This document shows positions 8,888 through 22,600 of a stretch of DNA of 64,000 bases, piece by piece. Position numbers and translations under genes: made by a program. This DNA comes from Candidatus Omnitrophota bacterium (GTDB taxonomy: Bacteria; Omnitrophota; Gorgyraeia; Zapsychrales; JANLHA01): positions 4,664 through 68,663 of the forward strand of contig JAHFFT010000006.1 of NCBI GenBank assembly GCA_023247795.1, in the 5' to 3' direction. The notes beneath the pieces are model-generated. The model was not told where the DNA came from, made no database searches, and was given only the letters and a program-made list of their open reading frames with translations. Within the stretch, counting starts at the first letter, position 1; each line of letters opens with the position of its first letter.

Positions 8888-10249
8888 ATGGACGACCTGC
8901 TTTTGAATATCTGGAAAAAAGCCCAACCGCTCATCAAGGCGAAAGTCGGTGAGTCCTCGTTCGAAACCTGGCTTGCTTCCCTGAACGTCGCTCCTAAAGA
9001 TCCACAGACGCTGTTGATCGAAACCCCGGATGAGTTTTTCAAAAATTGGATCAACGATCACTACATTCAAATCATTGAAAATGAAATCAATAGCCTGAGT
9101 TCCGTAAAGATTGCCGTCGAACTCATTGTTAACAACTCCGTTGCGGCCGCGGCATTGGGTAAAAAGGGGGCGCAAGAACGTTTTGCGCGCATCGAAAAAA
9201 ACTTTCAACAGGTTCAGGAAGCTCCGCAAGATCAAAATCTCAATCCCCGATTTCTTTTTGATAATTTTGTGGTCGGACCGTCAAACCGATTTTGTTATGC
9301 CGCCAGCTTAGCCGTCGCGGAATCTCCGGCGAAGGCGTACAATCCGCTCTTCATTTATGGTCCGGTGGGTCTTGGGAAAACGCATTTGATGCAAGCGATT
9401 TCGCATCAAATCAAAGTCAACCATCCAAACATTCACTCTTGTTATATCTCTTCCGAACGTTTTACCAACGAACTGATCGAAGCTATTCGTCATCGTTCAA
9501 CAACTCAATTCCGACAGAAATATCGCAATATTGACGTCCTTTTAATTGACGATATCCAATTCATTGCCGGAAAAGAAGCGACTCAGGAAGAATTTTTTCA
9601 TACATTCAACACCCTTCACAATAATCGCAAACAAATCATCATTTCCTCGGATCGTCCGCCAAAAGAAATTGTTAATTTGGAAGAGCGCTTGCGAAGCCGC
9701 TTTGCTTGGGGGTTGATCACCGACGTCCAGCCGCCGGATTTTGAGACCAGGGTAGCGATTCTACGAAAAAAAATTGAACGCGAACCCGTGAATGTTCCTG
9801 ATGATGTCATTGATTTTATTGCGGAACAAATCAAAACCAATATCCGTGAGTTGGAAGGGGCTCTGATTCGGGTGATCGCTTACTCTTTATTGGAAGAAAA
9901 ATTGATTTCCCTAGAAATGACGAAGGTGATATTAAAGGATATGGTAAAAAATACAGTAAAAATGATTAGTGTTGAAATGATTCAAAATAGGGTCGCTGAA
10001 TTTTTTAATATCTCCTTAGGTGATCTCAAAGCAAAACGCCGAAGTAAAAACATCATTTTACCTCGCCAGGTTGCCATGTACTTATCCCGGCACTTAACTG
10101 AGCTTTCTCTTCCGGAAATAGGAAATGTGTTTGGTGGTAAAGATCATACGACTGTATTACATTCCTGTAAAAAAATTGAGAAAGAAATAAAAAATAATCA
10201 AGAACTTAAAAACTCCGTCAATCAATTGATCATCGAATTGAAACGATAA
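8888..10249 (+). CDS. dnaA: Chromosomal replication initiator DnaA
   Basis: YNPLFIYGPVGLGKTHL, DVLLIDDIQF, EEFFHTFN, GGKDHTTV. Confidence 0.99.
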   Translation: MDDLLLNIWKKAQPLIKAKVGESSFETWLASLNVAPKDPQTLLIETPDEFFKNWINDHYIQIIENEINSLSSVKIAVELIVNNSVAAAALGKKGAQERFARIEKNFQQVQEAPQDQNLNPRFLFDNFVVGPSNRFCYAASLAVAESPAKAYNPLFIYGPVGLGKTHLMQAISHQIKVNHPNIHSCYISSERFTNELIEAIRHRSTTQFRQKYRNIDVLLIDDIQFIAGKEATQEEFFHTFNTLHNNRKQIIISSDRPPKEIVNLEERLRSRFAWGLITDVQPPDFETRVAILRKKIEREPVNVPDDVIDFIAEQIKTNIRELEGALIRVIAYSLLEEKLISLEMTKVILKDMVKNTVKMISVEMIQNRVAEFFNISLGDLKAKRRSKNIILPRQVAMYLSRHLTELSLPEIGNVFGGKDHTTVLHSCKKIEKEIKNNQELKNSVNQLIIELKR

Positions 10250-10402
10250 TAAAGAAGAAATGAACAGTTATTCCCCAACTTAAATTTTCACAACCATTTG
10301 AAAATATAAGACTTTTAAGGTTATTCAAATTATCCACAACATTACTACGATTACTATTTTTTAAATTTACTACATTAATAATCGTAGGGGTATTGGAGGA
10401 AA
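10250..10402. promoter_or_regulatory. oriC unwinding region in the dnaA-dnaN spacer
   Basis: Perfect DnaA box TTATCCACA at 10330-10338 next to a degenerate box, followed by a DnaA-trio-like run (TACTACGATTACTAT) and an AT tract. Gene orientation switches across this region. Confidence 0.8.
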
Positions 10403-10408
10403 GTGGTC

Positions 10409-11497
10409 ATGAAGATCAAATTATCAAAAGAACAACTCTTAAATGGTATTCAAATCGTACAAAATATTGTATCAACAAAAACAACATTACCAATTTTATC
10501 AAACATGTTGTTAGAAACGCGGTCTGGGCATATTAAGCTCAATACTACCGATTTAGATATCGGAATATCTTGTGAAATTCCTGTGGATACTCTTGAAGAA
10601 GGGGCCATAACAATTCCCGCGAAACGGTTTGGTGATATTGTTAGAGAATTGCCAAGTGGAGATGTGATTATCAGTGCTAAGAAAAATAATCAGATTGATA
10701 TTGAAGGACAGAAATGCCGATTCAAATTGATTGGCTTACCAAAAGAGGAATTTCCTAAATTTCCAGAGTTTAAAGATAAGGAAGTGGTGAAAATAGAGCA
10801 AGCCACTTTCAAAGACATGATCCGCATGACTTCATTCGCGGTTTCCCATGAAGAGTCTCGATATGTTTTAAATGGGATTTTATTGGAAATCAAAGATAAT
10901 AAAATGCGAATGGTGGCAACAGATGGACGTAGATTAGCAAAAATTGAAAAAAATTTACAAACATCACTAAAAAAAGACATTTCTACCATCATCCCCATTA
11001 AAGCGATTCAAGAGATCTTTCGCAATCTCAACGATGAAGGGATGATTTCTTTTATTACCAGCGCAAATCAAGCTCTCTTTGATGTTGATGGGATTTTAAT
11101 TGCCAGTCGTATCATTGAAGGGGAATTCCCAAACTACAATCAAGTCATCCCACCACCCAATAATCAAAAAATCACCGTGAATACACAGGCATTGTTAAGC
11201 GCTATTCGCAGAGCAAATCTATTATCAACACCTGATTTTCAAGCGAGTAAGTTTGAAGTTTTTTCTGATAAAATCGTTGTTTCTAAAAGCACACCTGATG
11301 TGGGAGAGTCGCGGGAAGAGGTTCCCATTGAATATAAGGGTAAGGAAATGATGGTGGGTTTCAATCCCCAATATTTTATTGATGTCTTAAAGAACATAAC
11401 AGCGGAAAATATTGATCTGGAACTTTTAGGTCCGGACAAGGCTGGGGTGATTCGTCTCGACGAATATCTTTATCTATGTTTGCCGATGCGCATTTGA
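10409..11497 (+). CDS. dnaN: DNA polymerase III beta clamp
   Basis: TTLPILSN, TDLDIGI, SRYVLNG, VATDGRRL, EGEFPNY, LPMR. ATG at 10409 follows GGAGG. Confidence 0.98.
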   Translation: MKIKLSKEQLLNGIQIVQNIVSTKTTLPILSNMLLETRSGHIKLNTTDLDIGISCEIPVDTLEEGAITIPAKRFGDIVRELPSGDVIISAKKNNQIDIEGQKCRFKLIGLPKEEFPKFPEFKDKEVVKIEQATFKDMIRMTSFAVSHEESRYVLNGILLEIKDNKMRMVATDGRRLAKIEKNLQTSLKKDISTIIPIKAIQEIFRNLNDEGMISFITSANQALFDVDGILIASRIIEGEFPNYNQVIPPPNNQKITVNTQALLSAIRRANLLSTPDFQASKFEVFSDKIVVSKSTPDVGESREEVPIEYKGKEMMVGFNPQYFIDVLKNITAENIDLELLGPDKAGVIRLDEYLYLCLPMRI

Positions 11498-11498
11498 A

Positions 11499-14224
<2,726 letters not shown>

Positions 14225-14232
14225 TGGTATTT

Positions 14233-14348
14233 AAGTAACAAGTTGCAGGTTGCAGGTTTCGGGCAAAAAATTTTGCGATAAAGTCCTTGTCACTTGTCAC
14301 TTGTGACTTGTAACATGAGACTTACTTGAGACCTGCAGCATGAGACTT
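14233..14348. repeat. Heptamer-periodic inverted repeat (AAGTNRC / GYNACTT family)
   Basis: AAGTAAC AAGTTGC AGGTTGC ... CTTGTCA CTTGTCA CTTGTGA CTTGTAA CATGAGA between gyrB and gyrA. Confidence 0.8.
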
Positions 14349-14375
14349 GATTCTTTATAGAGAAAGGTTTTCAGC

Positions 14376-16835
14376 ATGAACAGTTTATCACTCAAAGAAA
14401 AAATCATCCCCGTCGCTATTGAAGACGAAATGAAGAGTTCGTATTTGGCCTATTCCATGAGCGTCATCGTGGGGCGGGCCTTGCCGGATGTGAGGGACGG
14501 CCTTAAGCCGGTCCATCGCCGGATTCTGTACGCGATGAAGGAGTTGAATCTTGAGCACAACAAGCCATATAAAAAGAGCGCGCGTATCGTCGGTGAGGTC
14601 TTAGGGAAATATCATCCGCACGGAGACGCGGCCGTGTATGAAACCATGGTGCGCATGGTGCAAGATTTTTCTTTGCGCTATCCACTGATCGACGGTCAGG
14701 GAAACTTTGGTTCGGTTGACGGTGATGCCGCGGCCGCCATGCGCTATACGGAAGCGCGGCTGGCGGCTATCGCCGACTACATCCTCAACGACATTGAAAA
14801 ACAGACGGTTGATTTTTCTCCCAACTTTGACGGTTCGCTGAAAGAGCCGCAACTTTTGCCAGCGATTGTCCCGAATCTTTTAGTGAACGGGTCTTCGGGG
14901 ATCGCGGTCGGCATGGCCACAAATATGGCCCCCCACAATTTGTCGGAGACCGTGGATGGGATCATCCATTTGGTTGACCAGCCGGAAGCCACTATCAAGG
15001 ATTTGATGAAATTTGTTAAGGGACCGGATTTTCCGACGGGTGGGATCATCTGCGGCCGCGAAGGAATCAAAGAGGCCTACGAAACCGGACGGGGAAAATT
15101 GACGTTGCGCGCCAAGGCCTCCATCGAACGGCAAAAAGGAAATAAAGACACCATTGTTGTCACGGAAATTCCTTACCAAGTCAATAAAGCGAACCTGATC
15201 ACGGCCATTGCCGATCTGGTGCAGAATAAAAGTGTCGACGGGATTACCGATATCCGCGACGAAAGCGACAAGGAAGGGATCCGGGTCGTCATTGAACTGC
15301 GTCGGGACGCTCAGCCGGAAATCATCCTCAACTACCTTTATAAACACTCGCAATTGGAAACGACGTTTGGGATCATCAATCTGGCACTGGTGAACAACAG
15401 TCCACGTATCTTGAACCTCAAGCAATTGATGAGTCATTATATCGCCCATCGAAGGGTGGTGATCCGTCGGCGAACACAATTTGATTTGGACCGGGCCTTG
15501 TACCGCGCGCATATTTTGGAAGGATTAAAAATCGCCATTGAATCGATCAACGAGATCATCCGCACGATCCGTTCTTCGAAAAGCACGGCAGAGGCCAAGG
15601 TCAACTTGATGAAGCAGTTCAAACTGAGCGAGATCCAGGCCCAGGCGATCCTTGAGATGCAACTGCAGCGATTGACCGCATTGGAACGGGACAAAATCGA
15701 GGAAGAATACCAGGCCTTATTGAAAGACATCGAACGGTTTCGCGCGATTTTGGCGTCGGAGAAATTGATCGACGGGATCATCAAAGACGAACTCCTGGAG
15801 GTTAAGAAAAAATTTCAGGATGAGCGCCGCACCGAGATTGCCGGCAAGGCCGACGAGATCGAAGTGGAAGATTTGATCGCCGAAGAAGACATGGTGATCA
15901 CCATCAGCAATACCGGATATATCAAGCGGCTTCCTGCCAGCGCTTACCGTCGGCAAAAGCGCGGCGGCAAAGGTGTTACGGCCATGACGACCAAGGAAGA
16001 AGACTTTGTCCAACATTTGTTTGTCGCTTCATCCAAAGATTATTTATTGGTGTTTTCCAATAGCGGGATTGTCCGCTGGCTTAAGGTCTATGAGCTTCCG
16101 ATTGCTTCGCGCATCGCCAAGGGCAAGGCGATCGTGAACTTGTTGTCTTTTGGAAAAGAGGAAAATTTAAGCTCGATTGTCGCGGTCAAGGAATTTACCG
16201 ATGATCAATTTGTGGTGATGGGGACGGCGCGAGGGAATGTCAAAAAGACCAAATTGTCGGCCTTTAGCAATCCGCGCAAAGGCGGGATTGTTGGTATCTC
16301 GCTGGACAAGGGCGATCGTTTGATCGGGACTTCGCTCAGCAACGGCAAACACGAAATCCTTTTTGCCACAAAAGAAGGCAAGGCCTTGCGCTTTTCAGAG
16401 AAACAAATCCGCGATATGGGCCGGGGCGCCAGAGGGGTCAGGGGCATCAATTTGGGCAAGAGCGATGAAGTGGTCAGCATGCAGGTTTTTCCCACCGACA
16501 TTGAGAAGACCGAATGTAAGGTTTTGACCGTGTCTTCGTTAGGATTTGCCAAAAAGACCGATTTTCAAGAATACCGCAACCAATCCCGCGGGGGTAAGGG
16601 GATCATCAATATGAAAGTGATGGAAAAAAACGGGCATGTGGTTGGGGTGTTGGCGGTCATGCCAGATGACGAGATCATCAGTGTAAGCAAAAAGGGCATG
16701 GTTGTGCGCTGCTCAACCTCTGATATCCGTGAAACCGGGCGCAGCACGCAAGGCGTCAGGCTCGTTTCTTTGCAAAAAGATGATACCGTAACCTCGGTTG
16801 CCAACATCGCCGCTAAAGATGTTGAGGCGATCTAA
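14376..16835 (+). CDS. gyrA: DNA gyrase subunit A
   Basis: [31 protein letters not shown] (catalytic Tyr), GyrA box QKRGGKG. Confidence 0.99.
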   Translation: MNSLSLKEKIIPVAIEDEMKSSYLAYSMSVIVGRALPDVRDGLKPVHRRILYAMKELNLEHNKPYKKSARIVGEVLGKYHPHGDAAVYETMVRMVQDFSLRYPLIDGQGNFGSVDGDAAAAMRYTEARLAAIADYILNDIEKQTVDFSPNFDGSLKEPQLLPAIVPNLLVNGSSGIAVGMATNMAPHNLSETVDGIIHLVDQPEATIKDLMKFVKGPDFPTGGIICGREGIKEAYETGRGKLTLRAKASIERQKGNKDTIVVTEIPYQVNKANLITAIADLVQNKSVDGITDIRDESDKEGIRVVIELRRDAQPEIILNYLYKHSQLETTFGIINLALVNNSPRILNLKQLMSHYIAHRRVVIRRRTQFDLDRALYRAHILEGLKIAIESINEIIRTIRSSKSTAEAKVNLMKQFKLSEIQAQAILEMQLQRLTALERDKIEEEYQALLKDIERFRAILASEKLIDGIIKDELLEVKKKFQDERRTEIAGKADEIEVEDLIAEEDMVITISNTGYIKRLPASAYRRQKRGGKGVTAMTTKEEDFVQHLFVASSKDYLLVFSNSGIVRWLKVYELPIASRIAKGKAIVNLLSFGKEENLSSIVAVKEFTDDQFVVMGTARGNVKKTKLSAFSNPRKGGIVGISLDKGDRLIGTSLSNGKHEILFATKEGKALRFSEKQIRDMGRGARGVRGINLGKSDEVVSMQVFPTDIEKTECKVLTVSSLGFAKKTDFQEYRNQSRGGKGIINMKVMEKNGHVVGVLAVMPDDEIISVSKKGMVVRCSTSDIRETGRSTQGVRLVSLQKDDTVTSVANIAAKDVEAI

Positions 16836-16901
16836 CTCTTTTTCCTTGACCGGAAACGGCTGTTTTGAATATAATACCCTCTTTTGTTCTACGTAATAAT
16901 T

Positions 16902-17071
16902 GACCATGCCGACTAGCCTGGTCAGGACACCCCGTCTTCGGCGGGGCAAGCGGGTTTGGCAGTGTCTTATCAATAAAAGCATTTTTGACCCCATCGTCTA
17001 GCCTGGTCAGGACACCCCGCCTTTGGCGGGGCAAGCGGGCTTGACAGTGTTCTATCAAAAAAAGTATTTTC
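16902..17071 (+). repeat. Two 85-bp tandem units made from the 5' part of tRNA-Glu (pseudo-tRNA copies)
   Basis: Units start at 16902 and 16987 and the real tRNA at 17072, an exact 85-bp period. All three share CTAGCCTGGTCAGGACAC. Confidence 0.9.
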
Positions 17072-17145
17072 GACCCCATCGTCTAGCCTGGTCAGGACAC
17101 AAGCTTTTCAAGCTTGCAGCGCGGGTTCAAATCCCGCTGGGGTCG
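17072..17145 (+). tRNA. tRNA-Glu(TTC)
   Basis: GACCCCA...TGGGGTC-G; anticodon arm CAAGC-TTTTCAA-GCTTG; T arm GCGGG-TTCAAAT-CCCGC. Confidence 0.95.
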
Positions 17146-17249
17146 CAAATATCAGGGCTTGAGTTAAAACTGACTTTTTGAGTTTCGGGCGGCGATAAGA
17201 TTAATTAACGCCGCTGGTATAAAAATATAAGGAAAGGGGGGTGATCAGA

Positions 17250-17612
17250 ATGAAAGCATTTTTGAAATTAGCAGGTTGTTTTCTTTTGGCAATCGGATTG
17301 TTCCACGCTTATCCATCGGCTGTTTTTTCAGCAGACGAGGCCGGGATGGGTTCTGCCGCTGCGACAACTGGCAAACTGTCTGGCACCATCGCTTTTGTCG
17401 ATGCAGACAAGCAGTACATTGATGTTGAATATATGCCGGAAGGAATGACGGATCAAAAGACGGAAACTTTGAGTTTGCCGGCTACGGCCAAGATTATGAA
17501 GGCCGCTCAGGCAGCTACTTCCGCGGATTTGAAGGCAGGAGACAAGGTCGCCGTCGAGTACAGTGTCAACAGTTACGGTAAGAAGGTCATTGATGCTTTG
17601 ACGATTGAATAA
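17250..17612 (+). CDS. Small exported protein, probably an OB-fold (DUF5666-like)
   Basis: Signal peptide; GTIAFVD...DLKAGDKVAVEY pattern. Confidence 0.65.
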   Translation: MKAFLKLAGCFLLAIGLFHAYPSAVFSADEAGMGSAAATTGKLSGTIAFVDADKQYIDVEYMPEGMTDQKTETLSLPATAKIMKAAQAATSADLKAGDKVAVEYSVNSYGKKVIDALTIE

Positions 17613-17656
17613 GAATCGATGTTTTTATCAAAATCATCAGTGATCAAGAGTTGAAG

Positions 17657-17777
17657 AACGTCGCCGAATCCACAAGAACGGGAGACGATGTTTTCGGGTA
17701 AATCTTACCAAAGGTAAGACGGGAAAATCTGCCAACCGCACCCTTAACTAATCCCGTAGGCGTAGGCAGATATTTTC
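17657..17777 (+). ncRNA. c-di-AMP (ydaO/yuaA)-like riboswitch
   Basis: Colinear conserved blocks GCCGAATCC...ACGGGAGA...TTTTCGGGTAAATC...GGGA...CCGCACCC..AACTAATCCCGTAGGC. Pairings CGTC/GACG, TCTTACC/GGTAAGA and AAAATCTGCC/GGCAGATATTTT. Confidence 0.72.
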
Positions 17778-17792
17778 GGGTCGGTCTCTGGA

Positions 17793-17863
17793 AAGTAACA
17801 AGTCACAAGCTGCAAGTCTCAAGTTGAAAATGACGTGTGACTTGTAACTTGAGACATGAGACT
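17793..17863. repeat. 71-bp heptamer-periodic palindromic element
   Basis: AAGTAAC AAGTCAC AAGCTGC AAGTCTC AAGTTGA AAATGAC GTGTGAC TTGTAAC TTGAGAC ATGAGAC T. Confidence 0.85.
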
Positions 17864-17904
17864 ATTTTAAAAAGCCGTGCTGAGTTTTTTTTAGCATCCA
17901 GAGC

Positions 17905-17933
17905 TTGACATAACCTCATGGGTATGTTAAAAA
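17905..17933 (+). promoter_or_regulatory. Sigma70-type promoter overlapping a CsoR-like operator palindrome
   Basis: TTGACA, a 17-nt spacer ending TGT, then TAAAAA. The spacer contains CATAACC-TCAT-GGGTATG, upstream of Cu/Ag efflux genes. Confidence 0.5.
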
Positions 17934-17939
17934 TGAAAT

Positions 17940-18305
17940 ATGAAGAATAAAGCGTTTACCAAAGCCGGAGTTAGTTTTCTTATTATCACGGTTTTCTTTG
18001 CGTACACGTTTTGCTGCAGCTTTTCGGGTTTGCTGCAAGCACAGCGAGGATGCCAAGCCTGCCATCAGCAGATGGCAGCTGCCTCCACAAAAGATCATTG
18101 CTGCAAAACTCAATATCAGGCCGATTTTCCCAACCGCTTCTCCTATAATACCGCACAGAAGGCAACGGTTTTTGCCTCCCTTGAGTCCTTAGCTGATCTA
18201 TCAAACCTTCTGAGAGTAAAATTCGATTTAGCCTATCTTGATGGTCCGCCCGGACCGATTTCCAATACACCTTTTTATATTCAATTCCGTAATCTTCGTA
18301 TCTAA
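17940..18305 (+). CDS. Cys/His-rich small protein upstream of the metal efflux genes
   Basis: Hydrophobic N-terminus, CC, CQACH and HCC clusters, GPPGP near the C-terminus. Confidence 0.6.
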   Translation: MKNKAFTKAGVSFLIITVFFAYTFCCSFSGLLQAQRGCQACHQQMAAASTKDHCCKTQYQADFPNRFSYNTAQKATVFASLESLADLSNLLRVKFDLAYLDGPPGPISNTPFYIQFRNLRI

Positions 18306-18387
18306 TCCTTCAATTCAAGAAATCCCATTTGTCGTTTAAAACGCGTTGGGAGTGTTTTAGCTATTGAACTAAGGAATGGAGTGAGCT

Positions 18388-19698
18388 ATGAAGAACCGGA
18401 AAATAATTTTAATCATTTTGTTAACAGCCGTGGCGGCTGGCACAGCAGGGTTGTTATTTAAAAAACAGCAAGCATCGGGCGGGTTTGTTAATCATCCGCA
18501 TAAGGAGAGTTATTACTGTCCCATGCATCCGCAATATACCAGCGATCGACCTGGTACTTGTCCGATTTGTCAAATGAAACTGGTAAAGAAGGAGCAGCCT
18601 GTTCCGTCAACAGCTGCTGCTTCTACGCCAACTTCTGTTCAGAAAATTCTTTATTGGACCGATCCCATGATCCCGGGATATAAAGCCAGCGGGCCAGGGA
18701 AGTCACCGATGGGAATGGATTTAGTTCCTGTTTATGAGGAAGGCGCCGCTGCAGAAAAACAGGCAGCGGCTACGGTTCCCGGGTATTCGATGGTCACCGT
18801 GGAGGGACAAAAGCAGCAGATCATCGGTATCAAAACTGCTTTGGTGACAAAACAAAATTTAGTTAAAACCATTCATGCCTATGGTTATGTGGCGCATGAT
18901 TTGGAATTGTACGACGCGCAATTGGCCTACATCGAGGCCTGGCGCGCGTATTACCCTTTTCTTTATCGTCGAGAAAGCCGTGATGAGTATCATACGGATT
19001 GGCGAAAATATTACAAGCAATCACCAGCACAAAGTCGCTGGCGCAGCGATGAAAAAGTTAAAGCGCAACAGCAATTGCTTAAAGCCGAATACGAATTGAT
19101 CCACTTGGGGTTAACAGAAACACAGCTTCGGCAGTTGCGGCAGATCAAATATGGTCAGCTATGGGTACAGCCGGATTTGTTATTCTTCGATGAAAATAAT
19201 CCGAAATGGATTTACGCGCAAATTCCGGAAAACGATTTAGGGTTTATCAGCGTCGGTCAAAATGTCGTAGTCACCATTCCGACCTATGGTGAAAAAACAG
19301 CAGGGATTGTTAAAGGTGTGGCGCCGGTTGTTGATCCCGCTACTCGCACCACTCGCGTCCGGGTCGAATTGCCGGACTATCGAGGAGAGTTGAGTGTCAA
19401 TATGTTTGCGGATGTTGATTTTCCCGTCGAGCTGGACGCGTCCCTGGTCATTCCGCGGGAGGCGATGATGGATTTGGGTTTGAGCAAAATCGTTTTCGTC
19501 CAGGTTCGGGAAGGGGTTTTTGAACCCCGGCGTATCGAAACGGGCATGGATGGAGACGGCATGGTGGCGGTCAAATCCGGACTCAACGAAGGCGAGGTCA
19601 TCGTTACCTCCGGCAATTTTCTTTTGGATTCCGAAAGCCGGCTGCAGGCTTCCTTAATGGAGGGGATGGAGGGAATGGAGGGCGGTCAACATGATTGA
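18388..19698 (+). CDS. CusB-like RND periplasmic adaptor with heavy-metal-binding domains
   Basis: YYCPMHP...PGTCPICQMKL and YWTDPM...PGKSPMGMDLVP; VDPATRTTRVR; SGNFLLDSES. Confidence 0.92.
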   Translation: MKNRKIILIILLTAVAAGTAGLLFKKQQASGGFVNHPHKESYYCPMHPQYTSDRPGTCPICQMKLVKKEQPVPSTAAASTPTSVQKILYWTDPMIPGYKASGPGKSPMGMDLVPVYEEGAAAEKQAAATVPGYSMVTVEGQKQQIIGIKTALVTKQNLVKTIHAYGYVAHDLELYDAQLAYIEAWRAYYPFLYRRESRDEYHTDWRKYYKQSPAQSRWRSDEKVKAQQQLLKAEYELIHLGLTETQLRQLRQIKYGQLWVQPDLLFFDENNPKWIYAQIPENDLGFISVGQNVVVTIPTYGEKTAGIVKGVAPVVDPATRTTRVRVELPDYRGELSVNMFADVDFPVELDASLVIPREAMMDLGLSKIVFVQVREGVFEPRRIETGMDGDGMVAVKSGLNEGEVIVTSGNFLLDSESRLQASLMEGMEGMEGGQHD

Positions 19699-22600
19699 GA
19701 AAATGATTGATCTCTGCGCCCGGCAAAAATTTTTGGTTTTGATTTTTTTATTTGCCGCCATCGTCGCTTCGGTTTGGGCGGTGAAAAATATACCGCTCGA
19801 TGCTATTCCTGACCTTTCCGACACCCAGGTCATCATTTATTCCCGCTGGGATCGCAGCCCGGATTTGGTTGAGGATCAAGTCACGTATCCGATCGTTTCC
19901 GCTTTATTAGGAGCACCGGGTGTTAAGGCCATTCGCGGTTTTTCCGATTTCGGGTTCTCTTATGTGTACGTGATTTTCAAAGACGGCACCGATTTGTATT
20001 GGGCGCGAAGCCGGGTTTTGGAATATCTCAGTAAAATCACGTCCCGGCTGCCGGAAGGTGTTAAGACCGAATTGGGGCCGGATGCGACCGGGGTGGGCTG
20101 GGTCTTGCAATACGCCCTGGTCGATAAGAGCGGCAAACATGATTTGGGGGATCTGCGCAGTTTTCAAGATTGGCATTTGCGCTATTGGCTGCAAGCCGTC
20201 CCTGGTGTTGCCGAGGTCGCCTCGGCCGGAGGGTTTGTCAAACAATATCAAATCACCGTCGATCCGCGCAAATTGTTGGCCTATCACATCCCGATCACGA
20301 AAGTTATTGAAGCCGTGCGGCAAGGGAACCAGGAAACCGGTGGCCGCCTAGTCGAGTTTACCGGCGCGGAATACATGATCCGCGGGCATGGCTATGTGAA
20401 ATCAATTGAGGATTTGGAACGGATCGGCCTCGGCGCTGACGTTAACGGCACGCCGATCATCGTCAAAGATGTTGCCCGGGTCGTCCTGGGCGGCGATATC
20501 CGTCGAGGTGTTTTGGATCTCAACGGCCAGGGAGATGTTGTCGGCGGCACCATTGTCATGCGCCAAGGGGAGAACGCCTTAAAGGTGATTGACGCGGTTA
20601 AAGCAAAATTCAAAGCGATCGAACCGTCTTTGCCCGCAGGCGTCAAGATTGAGATCACCTATGATCGTTCCGATCTCATTTTGCGCGCCATGGAGCATCT
20701 TAAGAAACAGTTGCTGGAAGAAATGCTCATCGTCAGTTTGGTCATCTTGGTTTTTTTATGGCATCTGCCGTCGGCCTTCATTCCGATTGTGACGATCCCG
20801 GTCGCGGTATTGATCTCGTTCATTCCGTTGTTGGGAATGAAATTGACGTCCAACATCATGTCGCTGGCCGGCATTGCCATATCCATCGGCATCTTAGTCG
20901 ACGGGGCGATTGTGCAGATGGAAAATGTTTATAAGCGTCTCGAAGAATGGGAGGCCAATGGCCGCCGGGAACAACAACGTGATGTTGTTTTAAGGGCGCT
21001 GAAAGAGGTTGCCCCGTCGGTATTTTTCGCGCTCTTGGTCATTGCGGTATCGTTCTTGCCGATTTTTACACTCTTGGATCAAGAAGGACGTTTGTTCAAA
21101 CCATTGGCTTGGTCAAAGACGTTTGTGATGGCGATCGCCGCTGTTTTGGTGGTCACTTTGAATCCGGTGTTGCGATTGCTATTTACGCGGACCAAGCCTT
21201 TTACCGGACGACCGCGATGGTTCATGAAGTTAGCAAATGGTTTGTTCATCGGCCGTTATTACCCGGAAGAGAAACATCCGATCAGCCGGGTATTATTTTC
21301 GGTGTATGAGCCCGTGTGCCGATTTGTTCTTAAGCACGCGAAGGCAACTATCGTCGCCGCGTTGTTGTTGGTGGCCAGCACGGTGCCCATTGTTCTCAGA
21401 TTGGGTTCGGAATTCATGCCGCCCTTATGGGAAGGACAAATTCTTTATATGCCCATCACCATGCCCGGGATCTCGGTGGCCGAGGCGCAGAAATTATTGC
21501 AGGAACAGGACAGGATTCTTAAAAGTTTTCCGGAGGTTGATAAAGTTTTCGGTAAGGCTGGCCGCGTTGGAAGCGCCACTGATCCGGCACCGCTTTCGAT
21601 GATGGAGACGGTGGTGCTGTTAAAGCCGGAAAAGGAATGGCGTCGGGTCAAAGGACAGCGGATCACCCACGAAGAGTTGATCGCGGAAATGGACAAGGCC
21701 TTAAAAATTTCCGGGACGACCAATGCCTGGACCATGCCGATTAAAAATCGTATCGACATGCTCTCGACGGGGGTGCGCACTCCGATTGGGATCAAAGTTC
21801 TGGGAAGCGATTTGAAAGTGATTGATCAAATCGGTAGGGAGTTGGAGCTGCTGTTAAAAGACGTTCCCGGCACCCGCAGTGTTTTTGCCGAGCGAACCCA
21901 GGGCGGGTATTTTTTGGATTTTGATCTTAAGCGCGATCAGTTGGCCCGTTACCAATTGTCCGTTGCCGACGCGCAAATGACCATCCAATCCGCGATCGGC
22001 GGTGAAAATATCACGACCACGGTTGAGGGTCGAGAACGGTATGGCGTCCAGGTCCGGTATCCTAGGGCATTTCGCGACGACGTGGATCAATTGAGCCGGG
22101 TCTTGATCGCGACACCATCGGGTGCGCAAATTGCCATTGGTCAAGTGGCGGATATTGTCGTGCGTACCGGCCCGTCGATGATCCGTAATGAAAACGGGCT
22201 GCTTGCCGGATATGTTTATGTTGACGTGGCGGGCCGCGACATTGGTACCTATGTCGAAGAGGCAAAGAAAAAAGTGCGTGAGCAGCTCAAGCTTCCCGAA
22301 GCGTACAGTTTGGTTTGGAGTGGGCAATATGAAAATATGCTGCGCGTCCGGGAACGGCTCAAAGTTGTTGTACCGTTCACACTTTTTATCATTGCCTTGT
22401 TGCTTTATTTCAATACCAAATCTTGGGTGAAGACCGGAATCGTTTTATTGGCCGTGCCGTTTTCTTTGGTTGGTGCTTTTTGGCTGTTGTGGATGTTAGG
22501 GTACAATTTATCGATCGCGGTTTGGGTCGGGATGATTGCCTTAATGGGTCTCGACGCTGAAACTGGTGTTTTGATGCTGCTTTTTTTGGATTTGGCGTAT

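Noticed and set aside
16902-17145. CRISPR array
   Set aside because: The would-be spacers are near-identical to each other, the repeat is a tRNA 5' half, and no cas genes are present.
17250-17612. CusF copper chaperone
   Set aside because: An OB-fold-like pattern is present, but the His/Met/Met/Trp ligand set is not evident.
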